A program made the translations under genes and the position numbers. DNA of 63,600 nucleotides, the filler included, from Intoshia linei (lineage: Eukaryota > Animalia > Orthonectida), in NCBI GenBank assembly GCA_001642005.1. It is 5 parts of 5 records of this genome, joined end to end, with 100 filler letters (N's around TTAATTAATTAA, not from the genome) between each part and the next. Parts side by side here need not be neighbours in the genome. Positions count along the whole stretch, not along the records: positions 62,294 to 63,600 come from LWCA01002737.1; 4 more parts are not named here. One strand, given 5' to 3'. This document shows, piece by piece, positions 63,070-63,600 of the stretch (positions are counted from its first letter, which is position 1; each line of letters starts with the position of its first letter). The notes beneath the pieces are model-generated. The model was not told where the DNA came from. It saw nothing but the letters and a program-made list of their open reading frames with translations, and made no database searches.

Positions 63070-63213
63070 CTATTATAGTCATATATAATATATTTCCAAA
63101 AGGGCCACTAGAAAAATCAAGGAACTATGTAAAAATTTTTTTATTTAGGGGCCAAAGTAAATAATAGGGCCCATAAAAAATTTTATATTTATTTTAATGT
63201 ATTAATATTTAAT

Positions 63214-63600
63214 TTATTTCAAATACATTAATTCTTTTGTAGTTTTATTTAATGATTCACAAAACAGATATTCCTCCTTAATGTTATCATTCACAATATA
63301 TCTTGCAAACACATCAGTAGATTCGTCCAATTGTAAACTAAATTTTACTAGGCTTTTTCGAAGTTCATCCATAACTTGAAGTTCGATAACTTCTGCTAAA
63401 TTTTTAATCCTTTTACAAAGGAATTGATTTAAGTGGCCCTTTTTGTATTTCGTCAAATAGAAGTTCTGCAATGTTAAGAGTACAGGGCTTGATCAACGTT
63501 TCCGATGGTATGATAGTTTTTTTGTTTAGAAAACATGTAAGCAACAGATATTATGCCTCTACAATTTTGTTACATTGAGAAGAAATGATAAATTGTCAAC
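63214..63600 (-). mobile_element. Degenerate hAT/Buster transposase remnant
   Basis: KFSLQLDESTDV, FARYIV..IKEEYLFCESL..TT are Buster-family motifs. Additional decayed pieces probably lie at 62400-62870. Confidence 0.8.

Overview
This is extremely AT-rich eukaryotic (animal) DNA, not a prokaryotic locus. It consists of five pieces (1-21387, 21488-31831, 31932-59355, 59456-62193, 62294-63600) joined by artificial 100-nt linkers (44 N + TTAATTAATTAA + 44 N), so adjacency across linkers is meaningless. The nuclear pieces are gene-dense and mostly intron-rich. Introns are usually tiny (about 34-50 nt, GT-AG) and become long only where transposons have inserted. Genes reconstructed by eye are a P4-ATPase flippase (ATP8A-like), RRP7A, an SGSM (RUN-PH-TBC) Rab-GAP (partial), an atypical soluble guanylyl cyclase with a distal-pocket Tyr H-NOX (partial), FAM135 (partial), TMEM209, a miniature intronless BRCA2, an HS2ST/UST sulfotransferase, VPS4, UQCRQ, TAF7 and a small Vps10/sortilin C-terminal module. 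The fourth piece is mitochondrial DNA in translation table 5 (cox1-trnS2-nad4-trnY-trnT) with shrunken tRNAs. Repeats include a multi-copy non-autonomous Helitron family, hAT/Buster, Tc1 (IR/DR), pogo/Tigger, piggyBac-type and foldback elements, often nested, plus a gag-protease relic. The features fit a highly reduced bilaterian invertebrate, possibly a parasite. An orthonectid such as Intoshia is my guess (inference only; a cox1 search would settle it). I see no single unambiguous new multi-gene system. The best leads are the minimal BRCA2, the probable O2-sensing guanylyl cyclase, the Helitron landing-pad family, the propeller-less Vps10 module, a duplicated splice acceptor behind the flippase gene, and a hidden SET-domain relic. 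Exon boundaries were read manually and are approximate.
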